NCBI RefSeq assembly: GCF_965263005.1
Contig: NZ_OZ253579.1
Coordinates: forward strand, 1,731,668 to 1,795,667
Origin: Candidatus Rariloculus sp.
GTDB lineage: Bacteria > Pseudomonadota > Gammaproteobacteria > Steroidobacterales > Rariloculaceae
Reading direction: 5' to 3'
Length of the DNA stretch: 64,000 bases
Positions 9,723 through 19,090 of this stretch are shown piece after piece. The notes under the pieces are model-generated. The model made no database searches and was not told the DNA's origin. It saw only the letters and a list, made by a program, of their open reading frames with translations. Numbering within the stretch: the first letter of the stretch is position 1; each line of letters starts with the position of its first letter. The translations under genes were made by a program, and so were the position numbers.

Positions 9723-10913
9723 ATGGATACACGGTTGGATCGGATGGTGCGTCGAGGCTTTGCGATCCGCGGGCGAACGCTCGGGAAGCTGGCGGTGCTC
9801 GCGGCGTGCGGCGTGCTCGGCGCGACGGAATCCGGCGCCGCGGTCTTCCCGGAGCTGTACATGGTCACGGTAAGGCCCGCCCCGGACGCCCTGGATCAGC
9901 GCGCCGCGGCGATTCGGCTCGGCATGAGTCAATTGCTGACGCGCGTCACGGGCAGAGTCGATGCCCGATCCCATCCGGATATGCTGCCGCTGATCGAGTC
10001 GGCCGAGACGCACATGAGATCGTACAACCCGCTCGATCGGGAGCGCGTGCGCGTCGGGTTTATCCCGAGCCGCGTGGATCAATGGCTGGAAACGCTGGGT
10101 TGGCCGGTCTGGGGTTCCGAACGGCCGATGACCCTGCTCTGGGTGGCGGTCGACGGCGGCCAGGGCGAGCGGGCTATCCTGTCGGGCAATCCAGCCGGCG
10201 ACCCATTGAGTGCCGAGATGCTCGATCTGATGCAGGCCGTGGAGGAGGAGCTTCGCCTGGCCACCGACGAGCGCGGCTTGCCGATCACGCTGCCGCTGAT
10301 GGACCGGCAGGACATCGAAGCCATCAGCTTCGTCGACATCTGGGGCGGGTTCGAGCGGCGCATCGAGAGCGCTTCGGGCCGCTATCGAGCCGAGGCGCTC
10401 TTCGTCGCGCAGGTCCGTGTCAGCGATCTCGGCATCGACGTCAGATCGACGCTCGTGCAGGGCGACTCAAGAAGCATCGTCAGCAGCCGCAGCCTTCGCG
10501 ACGGGATCGATTGGCTCGCCGACGGCTTCGCCGCGCAGTTCAGCATGGCCGGCGGCGTGCGCACGTTCCCGTTAACCGTGCTGGATATCCGGAACCTCGC
10601 CGACTATGGCAGCGTCATGACCTACCTTGAGGCGCTCAGCGTGCTCGACAGCGTCGAAGTGGAGGCATTGGGCGGCAGTGTGCTCGATGTCACGCTCACA
10701 ACGCGCAGCGACGAAGACGTGCTGCGCCGCGTACTTGCGCTCGACGGCGTGTTGCTGCCTGTCGATGCCGCCGCCCCGCCACCGCCGTCCGCGGTGCCCG
10801 CTCCAGGGCCAGCCGCTGTGCCCGCGCCACGGCCAGCCGACACCCCTGTGCTGCAGCCGGCAGGGTCGGACACATTGACGTTCAGACTGGCGGGGCCCGG
10901 GACCGAGCCGTGA
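9723..10913 (+). CDS. DUF2066-like secreted protein
   Basis: 396-aa ORF with signal peptide. Pro/Ala-rich C-terminus. Its position divergent from purM and upstream of hda matches the purM<>DUF2066-hda arrangement I recall from Pseudomonas. Confidence 0.65.
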   Translation: MDTRLDRMVRRGFAIRGRTLGKLAVLAACGVLGATESGAAVFPELYMVTVRPAPDALDQRAAAIRLGMSQLLTRVTGRVDARSHPDMLPLIESAETHMRSYNPLDRERVRVGFIPSRVDQWLETLGWPVWGSERPMTLLWVAVDGGQGERAILSGNPAGDPLSAEMLDLMQAVEEELRLATDERGLPITLPLMDRQDIEAISFVDIWGGFERRIESASGRYRAEALFVAQVRVSDLGIDVRSTLVQGDSRSIVSSRSLRDGIDWLADGFAAQFSMAGGVRTFPLTVLDIRNLADYGSVMTYLEALSVLDSVEVEALGGSVLDVTLTTRSDEDVLRRVLALDGVLLPVDAAAPPPPSAVPAPGPAAVPAPRPADTPVLQPAGSDTLTFRLAGPGTEP

Positions 10914-11473
10914 CGCCGAGCTGGACGTGGATCCCGAACGCGCTCTGCGTGTTTCGCGTGTTGCTCGTGGCGCCGCTCGTCGTTCTTCTGATCGAGCGGG
11001 AGTATACCGCGGCGCTCGCGCTGATGGTCCTGGCCGGCGCTTCCGATGCCCTTGACGGCTTCCTCGCCAGGAAATTCGATTGCCGCACGCGGCTCGGCAG
11101 TCTGCTGGACCCTGCGGCCGACAAGCTGTTGCTGACGAGCGTGTTCGTGTCGCTGACCGTTATCGGCCTAGTCCCCCTCGCTATGACGGCGATCGTCGTG
11201 CTCAGAGATGTCGTGATCGTTTTCGGCGCGCTCGCCTATCATCGGCTTATCGGGCCCGTGAGCGGCGCGCCGACGGCCATCAGCAAGCTCAATACGGCCT
11301 GCCAGCTCGGTTTCGTGCTGTTTGCGGTCACCCGGGCCGCTTACGGCTTGCCGCCCGGAATCGTCGTGGACATGCTCGGTGCGGCCGTGGTTTTCACGAC
11401 CATCTGCAGCGGCACGAACTATGTGCTGAGCTGGAGCAGGCGCGCGTGGCGGGCGACGCACGCAGCGTCGTAG
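10910..11473 (+). CDS. CDP-alcohol phosphatidyltransferase family protein
   Basis: 187-aa ORF. Motif SDALDGFLARKFDCRTRLGSLLDPAADK (D-G-x2-A-R...G-x3-D-x3-D). Multiple TM helices. 4-nt overlap with the upstream gene. Confidence 0.85.
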   Translation: MTPSWTWIPNALCVFRVLLVAPLVVLLIEREYTAALALMVLAGASDALDGFLARKFDCRTRLGSLLDPAADKLLLTSVFVSLTVIGLVPLAMTAIVVLRDVVIVFGALAYHRLIGPVSGAPTAISKLNTACQLGFVLFAVTRAAYGLPPGIVVDMLGAAVVFTTICSGTNYVLSWSRRAWRATHAAS

Positions 11474-11491
11474 GGCGGAGGAGTCGAGCGT

Positions 11492-12190
11492 TTGGGACAG
11501 TTACCGCTCCCGTTCAAGCTCCATCGGCTCGCGTCGTTCGAGACGTTCGTCGCCGACAGCAACGAGACGCTGGTCAGCCACCTCGAGGCAGTGGCGCGAG
11601 GCGAGCGTGGCGGCGTCATCTGGTTGTGTGGCGCGCGGGGCCGCGGCAAGACGCATCTCCTGCAGGCATCATGCCGGGCAGCGGATCGTGCCGGAACGCG
11701 CGCGATGTACCTGCCGCTCGATCCGGGCGGCGCGCTCGAGCCCGATTGTCTGCTCGGTCTCGACAGCATCGGGTTGCTTGCGCTGGATCAGGTCGACACG
11801 GTTGCCGGGCGGCCGCCGTGGGAGACGCGTCTGTTTTCCGTGCTCGATGGTTTTCAGTCGAGCCGCCGTACGCTGTTGCTCGCCGCGAGCAGCGCCCCGG
11901 CGGCCGCGGGATTCGTGCTTGCCGATCTCGTCTCGCGGGCCGCGGCGGCGGCCGTGTACCGCCTCAATCCGCTTAGCGACGACGGGCAGCAGCAGGTTTT
12001 GGTGGCGCACGCGCATTTCCGCGGGCTCGATCTCGACGAGGCAACGGCGCGCTATCTCCTGGCGCGCGTCGACCGCGAGGTCGGCGAGCTGTGCAGGTGG
12101 CTTGAGCGGCTCGATCGCGCATCTCTTATCGAGCAGCGCAGGCTGACCGTCCCGTTCATCCGCAAAGCTCTGGCCGCCGAAGATTCATAG
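11492..12190 (+). CDS. hda: DnaA regulatory inactivator Hda
   Basis: 232-aa ORF with TTG start. N-terminal QLPLPF clamp-binding-like motif. Degenerate AAA+ P-loop GARGRGKTHLL. DnaA-homologous layout. Confidence 0.85.
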   Translation: MGQLPLPFKLHRLASFETFVADSNETLVSHLEAVARGERGGVIWLCGARGRGKTHLLQASCRAADRAGTRAMYLPLDPGGALEPDCLLGLDSIGLLALDQVDTVAGRPPWETRLFSVLDGFQSSRRTLLLAASSAPAAAGFVLADLVSRAAAAAVYRLNPLSDDGQQQVLVAHAHFRGLDLDEATARYLLARVDREVGELCRWLERLDRASLIEQRRLTVPFIRKALAAEDS

Positions 12191-12319
12191 GCCTGGTGCG
12201 GGCAAAAAAGGGGCGCGCGGCAACAAAAAGCGCGACCGGCCACGCAACTGCGAAAACGCTCTCGACATTCGCGCCGCGGCGAGCGTGATCGCCACGCGTG
12301 CGGCGTCTCCCCGATCTTG

Positions 12320-12664
12320 CTAAAGGAGGTCCAGGGCCTGCTCGGGCGGGCGGCCCAGGCGGGCGCGTTCAGCGACCTCGACGATGGGCCGCTGGATGAT
12401 TCTTGGATGCGCGAGCATGAGTTCGAGCAGATCGTCGTCGGACGTTTCCTCCGTAACGTCGGCCGATTTGAATTCGGGCTCGTACGTGCGGATAAGGTCT
12501 CGCGGTCCGAGACCAAGCTTGCGGAGCAATTCCTGCAACTTTGACTTCGACAGCGGTGACTTCATGTACTCGACGACTTCGATGTCAATGCCGCGCTCCT
12601 GAATCAGTGCGAGTGTTTTCCTCGACTTGGAACAGCGGGGGTTATGGTAGATTCTCGGTTTCAT
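12320..12664 (-). CDS. arsC: ArsC/Spx-family arsenate reductase-like protein
   Basis: Within ORF 12320..13015. Start at ATG 12664 gives 114 aa beginning MKPRIYHNPRCSKSRKTLALIQERGIDIEVVEY...HPRIIQRPIV, the classic ArsC (glutaredoxin-type) pattern. Confidence 0.85.
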   Translation of the reverse strand: MKPRIYHNPRCSKSRKTLALIQERGIDIEVVEYMKSPLSKSKLQELLRKLGLGPRDLIRTYEPEFKSADVTEETSDDDLLELMLAHPRIIQRPIVEVAERARLGRPPEQALDLL

Positions 12665-12893
12665 CGGTAACCTGCCTGTTGTCAAAGCTTGAATCCATGG
12701 CTTGCGCCCGTACACGGGCGGCAGCGGCGGATAGTATAGTTGGCTCGCGGCGAGCTTATCTGCACGGATGGACCGGCGCCTCGATGCTCTGGCGACGAAC
12801 GCTGGTGAGATATGCGCGCCAGCTTGACGGTGCCAAGATCTCCCTGCTACTTTTTTTCCTGGTTGGCGGCCTAAAGACCCAAAGAACAAACGA

Positions 12894-13202
12894 ATGTTCC
12901 TGTCCTCAAGGATTGTCCGGATCCTCGCCTCGATCGGGCTGCTTTCGCTCGTCGCGCTTGCCGGCTGCGTGACATCTGCTCCCGTCCAGGAGATGAGCGA
13001 CGCCCGCCAGGCCATCGCCGCGGCCGAGGAGGCCGACGCGGCGGCGCTTGCGCCGGCCGTGTTGGATGAGGCGAACCGCTACCTTTCCCAAGCCGAGCAG
13101 CAGTTGCGCCAGGAAGATTACGGCCTGGCGCGCGCCAACGCCGTCAGGGCGAAGAATCGCGCCGTGGAGGCGTTGACGACAGCGCAAGCCGAGAGTGACT
13201 GA
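12894..13202 (+). CDS. DUF4398-like lipoprotein
   Basis: 102-aa ORF. Lipobox LAGC. The Ala/Glu-rich helical body resembles DUF4398. Confidence 0.7.
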   Translation: MFLSSRIVRILASIGLLSLVALAGCVTSAPVQEMSDARQAIAAAEEADAAALAPAVLDEANRYLSQAEQQLRQEDYGLARANAVRAKNRAVEALTTAQAESD

Positions 13203-13473
13203 ACAGCAAAAGTCCGTTCGTTGCATCGTCTCCGGCCGAGTGCAAGACGTGTTCTATCGCGCCTCGACGGCAGACCGCGCCAGAGAGCTTAGCATCCGGG
13301 GCTGGGCCAGGAACCTTGCCGACGGCAGCGTTGAGGTCGTCATATGCGGCGACGAGAAGGCCGTCTCGGCGCTGTGCGCCTGGCTCTGGGAAGGGCCGCC
13401 GTCGGCGCGCGTCACGAGTGTCAGCGTCGAGCAGTGGTCCGGCGCTCCGGCGGACGGTTTCCGCGTGCTCTGA
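13195..13473 (+). CDS. acyP: acylphosphatase
   Basis: 92-aa ORF. VSGRVQDVFYRAST...GWARNLADGSVEV matches the acylphosphatase signature V-x-G-x-V-Q-G-V-x-F-R / G-W-V-x-N. Confidence 0.88.
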   Translation: MTEQQKSVRCIVSGRVQDVFYRASTADRARELSIRGWARNLADGSVEVVICGDEKAVSALCAWLWEGPPSARVTSVSVEQWSGAPADGFRVL

Positions 13474-13504
13474 AGTCCGGGGACGATCGCCCCGCTCTCG
13501 ATCG

Positions 13505-15208
13505 TCACGCGCGCGACCGCAGGAACTCGACGATCGAATCCACCGGGACGAACGTTACCTCGTTTTCGCGCCTACCCTTGTATTCGAGCTGTCCTTCCTT
13601 CAGTCCGCGTTCGGCAATCACGACGCGATGCGGGATACCGATCAGATCGGCATCGGCGAACTTGAATCCCGGCCGCTGCGGCCGGTCGTCGACAAGGACC
13701 TCGAGTCCGGCCGTGCTCAACCGATCGTGGAGTGCGGCTGCCGTCTCGCGCACGCGTTCGGATTTGTCCAGATTGATCGGCACGATAATCACGTCGAACG
13801 GCGCGATCGCGTGCGGCCAGATGATGCCGTGCTCGTCATGGTTCTGCTCGACCGCCGCGGCAATCACGCGCGTCACCCCAATGCCGTAGCAGCCCATATG
13901 CATGGCGCGTTTCCCGCCTCGCGTGTCGAGCACGGTCGCGCCAAGGGCATCGCTGTACTTCGTGCCAAGCTGGAAGATCTGGCCTACCTCTATGCCTCTG
14001 GCAACCGACAACGGCCCGCCGCCGGACGGGCTCGGGTCCCCGGCCACGGCATTGCGCAGATCCGCAACCGCCGGCAAGTCGATGTCGCGCCCCCAGTTCA
14101 CGCCCCTGTAGTGAAAGTCCGGCTTGTTTGCGCCGCAGACGAAGTCCGCGATCGCAGTCGCGGATTGATCGACGTACATCGGCACGGCCAGCTCCACCGG
14201 TCCGAGGTATCCCGGCGCGCAGCCGGTTGCGCGCTCGACTTCGGGGCCGCGCAGCATCGTGAGCGGCGTCGCGACGCCGTCGAGCTTCTGCGCCTTGAGG
14301 GCGTTGAGTTGGTGGTCGCCGCGCAGCAGCAGTGCGACGGCCGGCGCATCGGTGCCCTTGACGAGCAGCGTCTTCAGGCACCGGTTGGCGCCGACGCCCA
14401 GAAAGTCCGCGAGCGCGGCTATCGTGCCGACACCGCGCGTCTCGACGAGCTCGCATTCCTCCGACGGGGGCGGCGGCCCGGTTTCGGGCGCCGGGATTCC
14501 CACCACCTCGAGGTTCGCCGCAAACCCGTCCGCATCGCACCAGGCGATCGCGTCCTCGCCTGAAGCGGCCAACACCTGGAACTCCTCGGAGCGGCTTCCC
14601 CCGATGGCGCCCGTGTCGGCCTGCACGATGCGATATTCGAGCCCGAGGCGATCGAAGACACGTTCGTAGGCTGCCCGCATCGTCTGATAGCCCTCAAGCA
14701 GCGACTGCTCGTCGAGATGGAACGAGTACGCATCCTTCATGATGAACTCGCGCGCCCGCATGACGCCAAAGCGCGGCCTGATCTCATCGCGAAACTTGGT
14801 CTGGATCTGATAGTAGTTGACCGGCAGTTGGCGGTGGCTCATGAGCTCGTGGCGCGCGATGTCGGTGATGACTTCCTCGTGTGTCGGCCCGAGACAAAAA
14901 TCCCGCTCGTGGCGGTCCTTCATGCGCAGCAGCTCGGGGCCGTAGGCGTCCCACCGTCCCGATTCCCGCCAGAGTTCCGCGGGCTGCACGCTTGGCATCA
15001 CAAGCTCGAACGCGCCGGCGCGATCCATCTCCTCGCGGACGATCGTCTGGACCCTGTGCAGCACGCGCATGCCAAGCGGCAGCCAGTTGTACAGCCCCGA
15101 AGCGAGGCGGCGAATGAATCCGGCCCGCAGCATGAGCTGATGGCTGACGATTTCGGCGTCGGCCGGCATTTCCTTGAAAGTCGTTAGCGGAAGCCGCGAC
15201 AGATACAT
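13505..15208 (-). CDS. proS: prolyl-tRNA synthetase
   Basis: ORF 13505..15565. The conserved N-terminus MYLSRLPLTTFKEMPADAEIVSHQLMLRAGFIRRL starts at ATG 15208 (568 aa). The 119-codon upstream extension runs through the tandem repeat and is not coding. Confidence 0.93.
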   Translation of the reverse strand: MYLSRLPLTTFKEMPADAEIVSHQLMLRAGFIRRLASGLYNWLPLGMRVLHRVQTIVREEMDRAGAFELVMPSVQPAELWRESGRWDAYGPELLRMKDRHERDFCLGPTHEEVITDIARHELMSHRQLPVNYYQIQTKFRDEIRPRFGVMRAREFIMKDAYSFHLDEQSLLEGYQTMRAAYERVFDRLGLEYRIVQADTGAIGGSRSEEFQVLAASGEDAIAWCDADGFAANLEVVGIPAPETGPPPPSEECELVETRGVGTIAALADFLGVGANRCLKTLLVKGTDAPAVALLLRGDHQLNALKAQKLDGVATPLTMLRGPEVERATGCAPGYLGPVELAVPMYVDQSATAIADFVCGANKPDFHYRGVNWGRDIDLPAVADLRNAVAGDPSPSGGGPLSVARGIEVGQIFQLGTKYSDALGATVLDTRGGKRAMHMGCYGIGVTRVIAAAVEQNHDEHGIIWPHAIAPFDVIIVPINLDKSERVRETAAALHDRLSTAGLEVLVDDRPQRPGFKFADADLIGIPHRVVIAERGLKEGQLEYKGRRENEVTFVPVDSIVEFLRSRA

Positions 15209-15232
15209 GGCTTTGCCCTGAGCATTACGGTC

Positions 15233-15496
15233 GTGATCGTTGGGCGGCATTGTAGCGGCCCGGCGCCGGCAAGTCCGTGGGGGCGTTGCATCGGCCTGCA
15301 TGAGGTCCACTGTGTGCGTTGGCATTCGGCGCTGCGGCGTCGGCAAAGCCGCGACCGCAAGTCCGTGCGCGCGCTGCATCGGCCTGCATGAGGTCCATCG
15401 TGTGTGCTGGCATTCGGCGCTGCTGCGCCGGCAAGGCCGCGACCGCAAGTCCGCTCGGGCATTGCGTCGCTGCGCCGATTGACGCAGCATGGGCGT
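15233..15496. repeat. 88-bp tandem repeat, ~2.7-3 copies
   Basis: Units begin at ~15233 (diverged), 15321 and 15409. The core ...GCAAGTCCGTGCGCGCGCTGCATCGGCCTGCATGAGGTCCATCGTGTGTGCT recurs. Lies between proS (start 15208) and pssA (start 15489). Confidence 0.85.
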
Positions 15497-16292
15497 CGCG
15501 TTCCGTTGGTGTTTCCAGGTATTTGCGTTGGGCAGCGAACAAACCGGCTCACGCCGCAAGGGCATTTATCTACTCCCCAATCTGCTGACGACGGGTGGTC
15601 TGTTCGCGGGGTTCTATTCGATTGTCGCCGCGATCGACGGCAACTTCGAGGCCGCGGCGTGGGCCATATTCATCGCGATGTTCCTCGACGGTACCGATGG
15701 CCGGGTCGCCCGCATGACAAGCACGGAAAGCGAATTCGGCAAGGAGTTCGACAGCCTTGCCGACATGGCGTCCTTCGGTCTTGCGCCGGCGATCGTGACA
15801 TACCAGTGGGGCGTCGAGAGACTCTCGGAATACGGCGCGATCTGGGGCCGCATCGGCTGGCTCGCGGCGTTTCTGTACGCGGCGGCCGCGGCGTTTCGAC
15901 TCGCACGATTCAACACGAACGTCTCGACGCAGGACAATCGCTATTTCCAGGGTTTGGCGAGTCCGCCGGCCGCCGCGGCTGTGGCTTCCACGGTCTGGAT
16001 CAGCACTTACTACGAGATCGAGGGTCTCGTTGCGCTGGCTGGCGGTGTAACGATCACCGCGGTGGCGGGATTACTGATGATGTCGCGATTCCGATATCCG
16101 AGCTTCAAGGACGTCAATCTGACGGGTCGTCTCAGGTTCGCGCAGCTGCTGTTGATTCCGCTCGTGATTATCGTCATCGCGATCGAACCGCCTCTCGTCG
16201 TTTTCGCGTTGTTCATGCTTTACGCTTGCTTTGGTCCTGCGGAGTGGTTCTGGCGGCGGCGTCGCAGGAGACGGGCATCCGGCGGCGCATGA
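15489..16292 (+). CDS. pssA: CDP-diacylglycerol--serine O-phosphatidyltransferase
   Basis: 267-aa [21 protein letters not shown] and [11 protein letters not shown]...[14 protein letters not shown] (CDP-alcohol transferase motif). The start is uncertain (an alternative TTG lies ~15528). Confidence 0.88.
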   Translation: MGVAFRWCFQVFALGSEQTGSRRKGIYLLPNLLTTGGLFAGFYSIVAAIDGNFEAAAWAIFIAMFLDGTDGRVARMTSTESEFGKEFDSLADMASFGLAPAIVTYQWGVERLSEYGAIWGRIGWLAAFLYAAAAAFRLARFNTNVSTQDNRYFQGLASPPAAAAVASTVWISTYYEIEGLVALAGGVTITAVAGLLMMSRFRYPSFKDVNLTGRLRFAQLLLIPLVIIVIAIEPPLVVFALFMLYACFGPAEWFWRRRRRRRASGGA

Positions 16293-16963
16293 GTGTGGTG
16301 CGGCAACGATATCTGGCCGAGATGGGCATTCCGGTATGGCTGCTCAGGGCAAACGACGAGGCTACGACGCGGCCTGTCGAGGCTGGCGCCGAGCAACCGG
16401 GCGGCTTTGACTGGGACCAGCTCTCAGCGGCCGTGCGCGAGTGCACGCGCTGCGGCTTGCATCGCGGCCGGACGCAGACGGTCTTTGGCGTGGGCCGGCG
16501 CGACGCCGATCTCATGATCATCGGCGAAGCGCCCGGGGCCGAAGAGGACAGGCAGGGTGAACCCTTCGTCGGCCGCGCCGGTAAACTCCTGAATGCCATG
16601 CTCCGGGCGATCGGCTTCGCTCGCGAGGAGGTCTATATAGCGAATATTCTGAAGTGCCGGCCGCCGAACAATCGGGATCCGCAACCGTCCGAGGCCGCAA
16701 CATGCACACCGTATCTGGATCGCCAGATCGAGCTGATCGAACCGAAGGCGATCCTGGCTCTGGGACGGATCGCTGCCCAGTGGTTATTGCAGTCGGATGT
16801 GGCGATCGGTAGGCTCAGAGGGCAGGTGCGTCAGTACGGAGCGTCCGGTATTCCTCTCGTGGTGACCTATCATCCGGCGTACCTGCTGCGCAGTCCGCAG
16901 GCGAAGGCGAAGTCATGGCAGGATCTGTGCCTGGTCAAAGACATCGTCAGCAAGAGCCAATGA
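16289..16963 (+). CDS. udg: uracil-DNA glycosylase, family 4
   Basis: C-terminal 224 aa of the 519-aa ORF 15404..16963. CTRCGLH...[26 protein letters not shown]...[11 protein letters not shown]...HPAYLLR. The ATG 16289 overlaps the pssA stop (ATGA). Confidence 0.9.
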   Translation: MSVVRQRYLAEMGIPVWLLRANDEATTRPVEAGAEQPGGFDWDQLSAAVRECTRCGLHRGRTQTVFGVGRRDADLMIIGEAPGAEEDRQGEPFVGRAGKLLNAMLRAIGFAREEVYIANILKCRPPNNRDPQPSEAATCTPYLDRQIELIEPKAILALGRIAAQWLLQSDVAIGRLRGQVRQYGASGIPLVVTYHPAYLLRSPQAKAKSWQDLCLVKDIVSKSQ

Positions 16964-17433
16964 GCGCGGCAGTCTCTCCCCTCACGGAGATTCGCACCAT
17001 GATGCCGGCCCACCTCAAGGCCGTGGCGCGCGTCGAACGGGCGGCTTACAACTACCCGTGGAGTCAAGCGGTTTTCCGGGACTGCCTGCTTGCCGGTTAC
17101 CACAATTTCGTGCTCGAAGTGGGGGGCGTCGTGACGGGCTACGGCATCATGTCGATCGCGGCCGGGGAGGCGCACATTCTGAATCTGTGCGTGCATCCGG
17201 CCTCGCAGCGGATGGGCTACGGGCGTCAACTGCTGAACGCATTGCTCGCCAGGACCGAAGAGTCCGAAGCCGAGCTGGTCTATCTCGAAGTCAGACCGTC
17301 GAACGAGGCCGCTCTCGCGCTATACGAAACCGCCGGTTTCTCGCGGATCGGTATTCGCCCGTCTTATTACCAGGCGCGGAACGGTCGTGAGGATGCAGTC
17401 GTTCTCGCAGCCACGCTGCGCGCTCCCCGCTGA
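16960..17433 (+). CDS. rimI: ribosomal-protein-alanine N-acetyltransferase
   Basis: In ORF 16915..17433. Start ATG 16960 overlaps the udg stop (ATGA). GNAT motif [21 protein letters not shown]...[19 protein letters not shown]. Confidence 0.85.
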   Translation: MSAAVSPLTEIRTMMPAHLKAVARVERAAYNYPWSQAVFRDCLLAGYHNFVLEVGGVVTGYGIMSIAAGEAHILNLCVHPASQRMGYGRQLLNALLARTEESEAELVYLEVRPSNEAALALYETAGFSRIGIRPSYYQARNGREDAVVLAATLRAPR

Positions 17434-17455
17434 CGATCGCACATCTGCTCAGGCC

Positions 17456-19042
17456 ATGCCCGAATTCACACGGCGGCGCACGTTCGCAATCATTTCGCAC
17501 CCCGATGCGGGCAAGACTACGCTGACAGAGAAGTTTCTGCTGTTCGGCGGCGCGATCCAGATGGCGGGTACCGTCAAGGGCCGCAAAGCGCGCCGTCATG
17601 CCACTTCCGACTGGATGCAGCTCGAGCAGGAACGCGGGATCTCGGTGACCTCGTCCGTCATGCAGTTTCCGTACCGCGGACGGATCGTGAACCTTCTCGA
17701 CACACCGGGTCACGAGGACTTCTCCGAGGACACCTACCGTACCTTGACGGCCGTGGACAGCGCGCTGATGGTCATCGACGCGGCGAAGGGCGTCGAGGCG
17801 AATACGATCAAGCTCATGGAAGTCTGCCGTCTGCGCACGACTCCGATCATGGGTTTCATCAACAAACTTGACCGCGACGGCCGCGAGCCGCTGGAACTGC
17901 TCGACGAGATCGAGACCGTGTTGAGGATCGAATGCGCGCCGGTCACCTGGCCGATCGGGATGGGACGGGACTTTCGCGGCGTCTACCACATTGGCGAGGA
18001 CTGCATCTATCTCTACCAGGGCCGCGACGGCAGCGTCCTGCCCACGACAGATCGGATCGAGGGCCTCGGGTCGTCGTGCGCCGCGGAGCGTCTGGGAAGC
18101 ACGGCCGACGCGTTGCGCGAGGAAGTCGAACTGATCCGCGGCGTCGCGCCCGCCTTCGATCGAAGCCGTTACCTGGCGGCGCGGCAGACGCCGGTCTTCT
18201 TCGGTGCCGCGCTGCACAATTTCGGCGTGGAGCAGTTGGTCGATGCATTCGTCGAGCACGGGCCGCCGCCGCAACCGCACGATGCGGCCGAGCGCCAGGT
18301 CGATCCGTCGGAGGACCAGCTCACGGGTTTCGTATTCAAGATCCAGGCGAACATGGACCCGGCACACAGGGACCGAATCGCGTTCCTGCGCGTTTGCTCA
18401 GGCCGCTATAAGCCCGGCATGCGTCTGTACCACACGCGGCTCGAGCGTGAAGTGCGCGTGGGCGACGCGATTACGTTCATGGCCTCCGACCGACAGCACG
18501 TCGACCGCGCGTATGCCGGCGACATCATCGGCCTGCACAACCACGGTACGATCAACATCGGCGACAGCTTCAGCGAAGGCGAGTCGCTGACGTTCAGGGG
18601 GGTTCCGGATTTTGCGCCCGAGCTTTTCCGGCGTGCGGTCATCAAGGATCCGCTCAAGCTCAAGGCCTTGCGCAAAGGCCTCGCGCAGCTCTGCGAGGAG
18701 GGCGCCACTCAGCTTTTTCGCCCGCTGGCCAGGAACGACATCATCATCGGCGCCCTGGGGCCTCTGCAGTTCGAGGTCGCGGCATTTCGTCTGCGCGACG
18801 AATACGGTGTGGAATGCGTATTTGAAGCCGTCAACATCGCGACAGCGCGCTGGGTGCAATGTGCGGACAACGCGATGCTCGATGAGCTGGGCAGGAAGCT
18901 AAGGGCCAACCTCGCTCTGGATCACTCCGGTGCGCTCGTTTACCTCGCGCCGAGCGCGGTCAGCCTGCGGCTTACCGGGCAGCGCTGGCCCGATGTGCGG
19001 TTCGATGCGACGCGTGAACACGGCGTGCCCGCTTCAGGGTAG
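17456..19042 (+). CDS. prfC: peptide chain release factor 3
   Basis: In ORF 17387..19042. [44 protein letters not shown] is the canonical RF3 N-terminus (GTPase G1 [13 protein letters not shown]). Confidence 0.94.
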   Translation: MPEFTRRRTFAIISHPDAGKTTLTEKFLLFGGAIQMAGTVKGRKARRHATSDWMQLEQERGISVTSSVMQFPYRGRIVNLLDTPGHEDFSEDTYRTLTAVDSALMVIDAAKGVEANTIKLMEVCRLRTTPIMGFINKLDRDGREPLELLDEIETVLRIECAPVTWPIGMGRDFRGVYHIGEDCIYLYQGRDGSVLPTTDRIEGLGSSCAAERLGSTADALREEVELIRGVAPAFDRSRYLAARQTPVFFGAALHNFGVEQLVDAFVEHGPPPQPHDAAERQVDPSEDQLTGFVFKIQANMDPAHRDRIAFLRVCSGRYKPGMRLYHTRLEREVRVGDAITFMASDRQHVDRAYAGDIIGLHNHGTINIGDSFSEGESLTFRGVPDFAPELFRRAVIKDPLKLKALRKGLAQLCEEGATQLFRPLARNDIIIGALGPLQFEVAAFRLRDEYGVECVFEAVNIATARWVQCADNAMLDELGRKLRANLALDHSGALVYLAPSAVSLRLTGQRWPDVRFDATREHGVPASG

Positions 19043-19090
19043 GCGTGCCCGCTGCAGCACAGGCGTGCCGATGAGCCGGCGTTCATTGCT

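Noticed and set aside
13505-15565. N-terminal extensions of ORFs beyond conserved starts (proS 119 codons; also the ankyrin, DUF3108, arsC, lptG and udg 519-aa ORFs).
   Set aside because: The conserved N-termini begin at internal Met codons. The extensions run through intergenic repeats or through the upstream gene in another frame.
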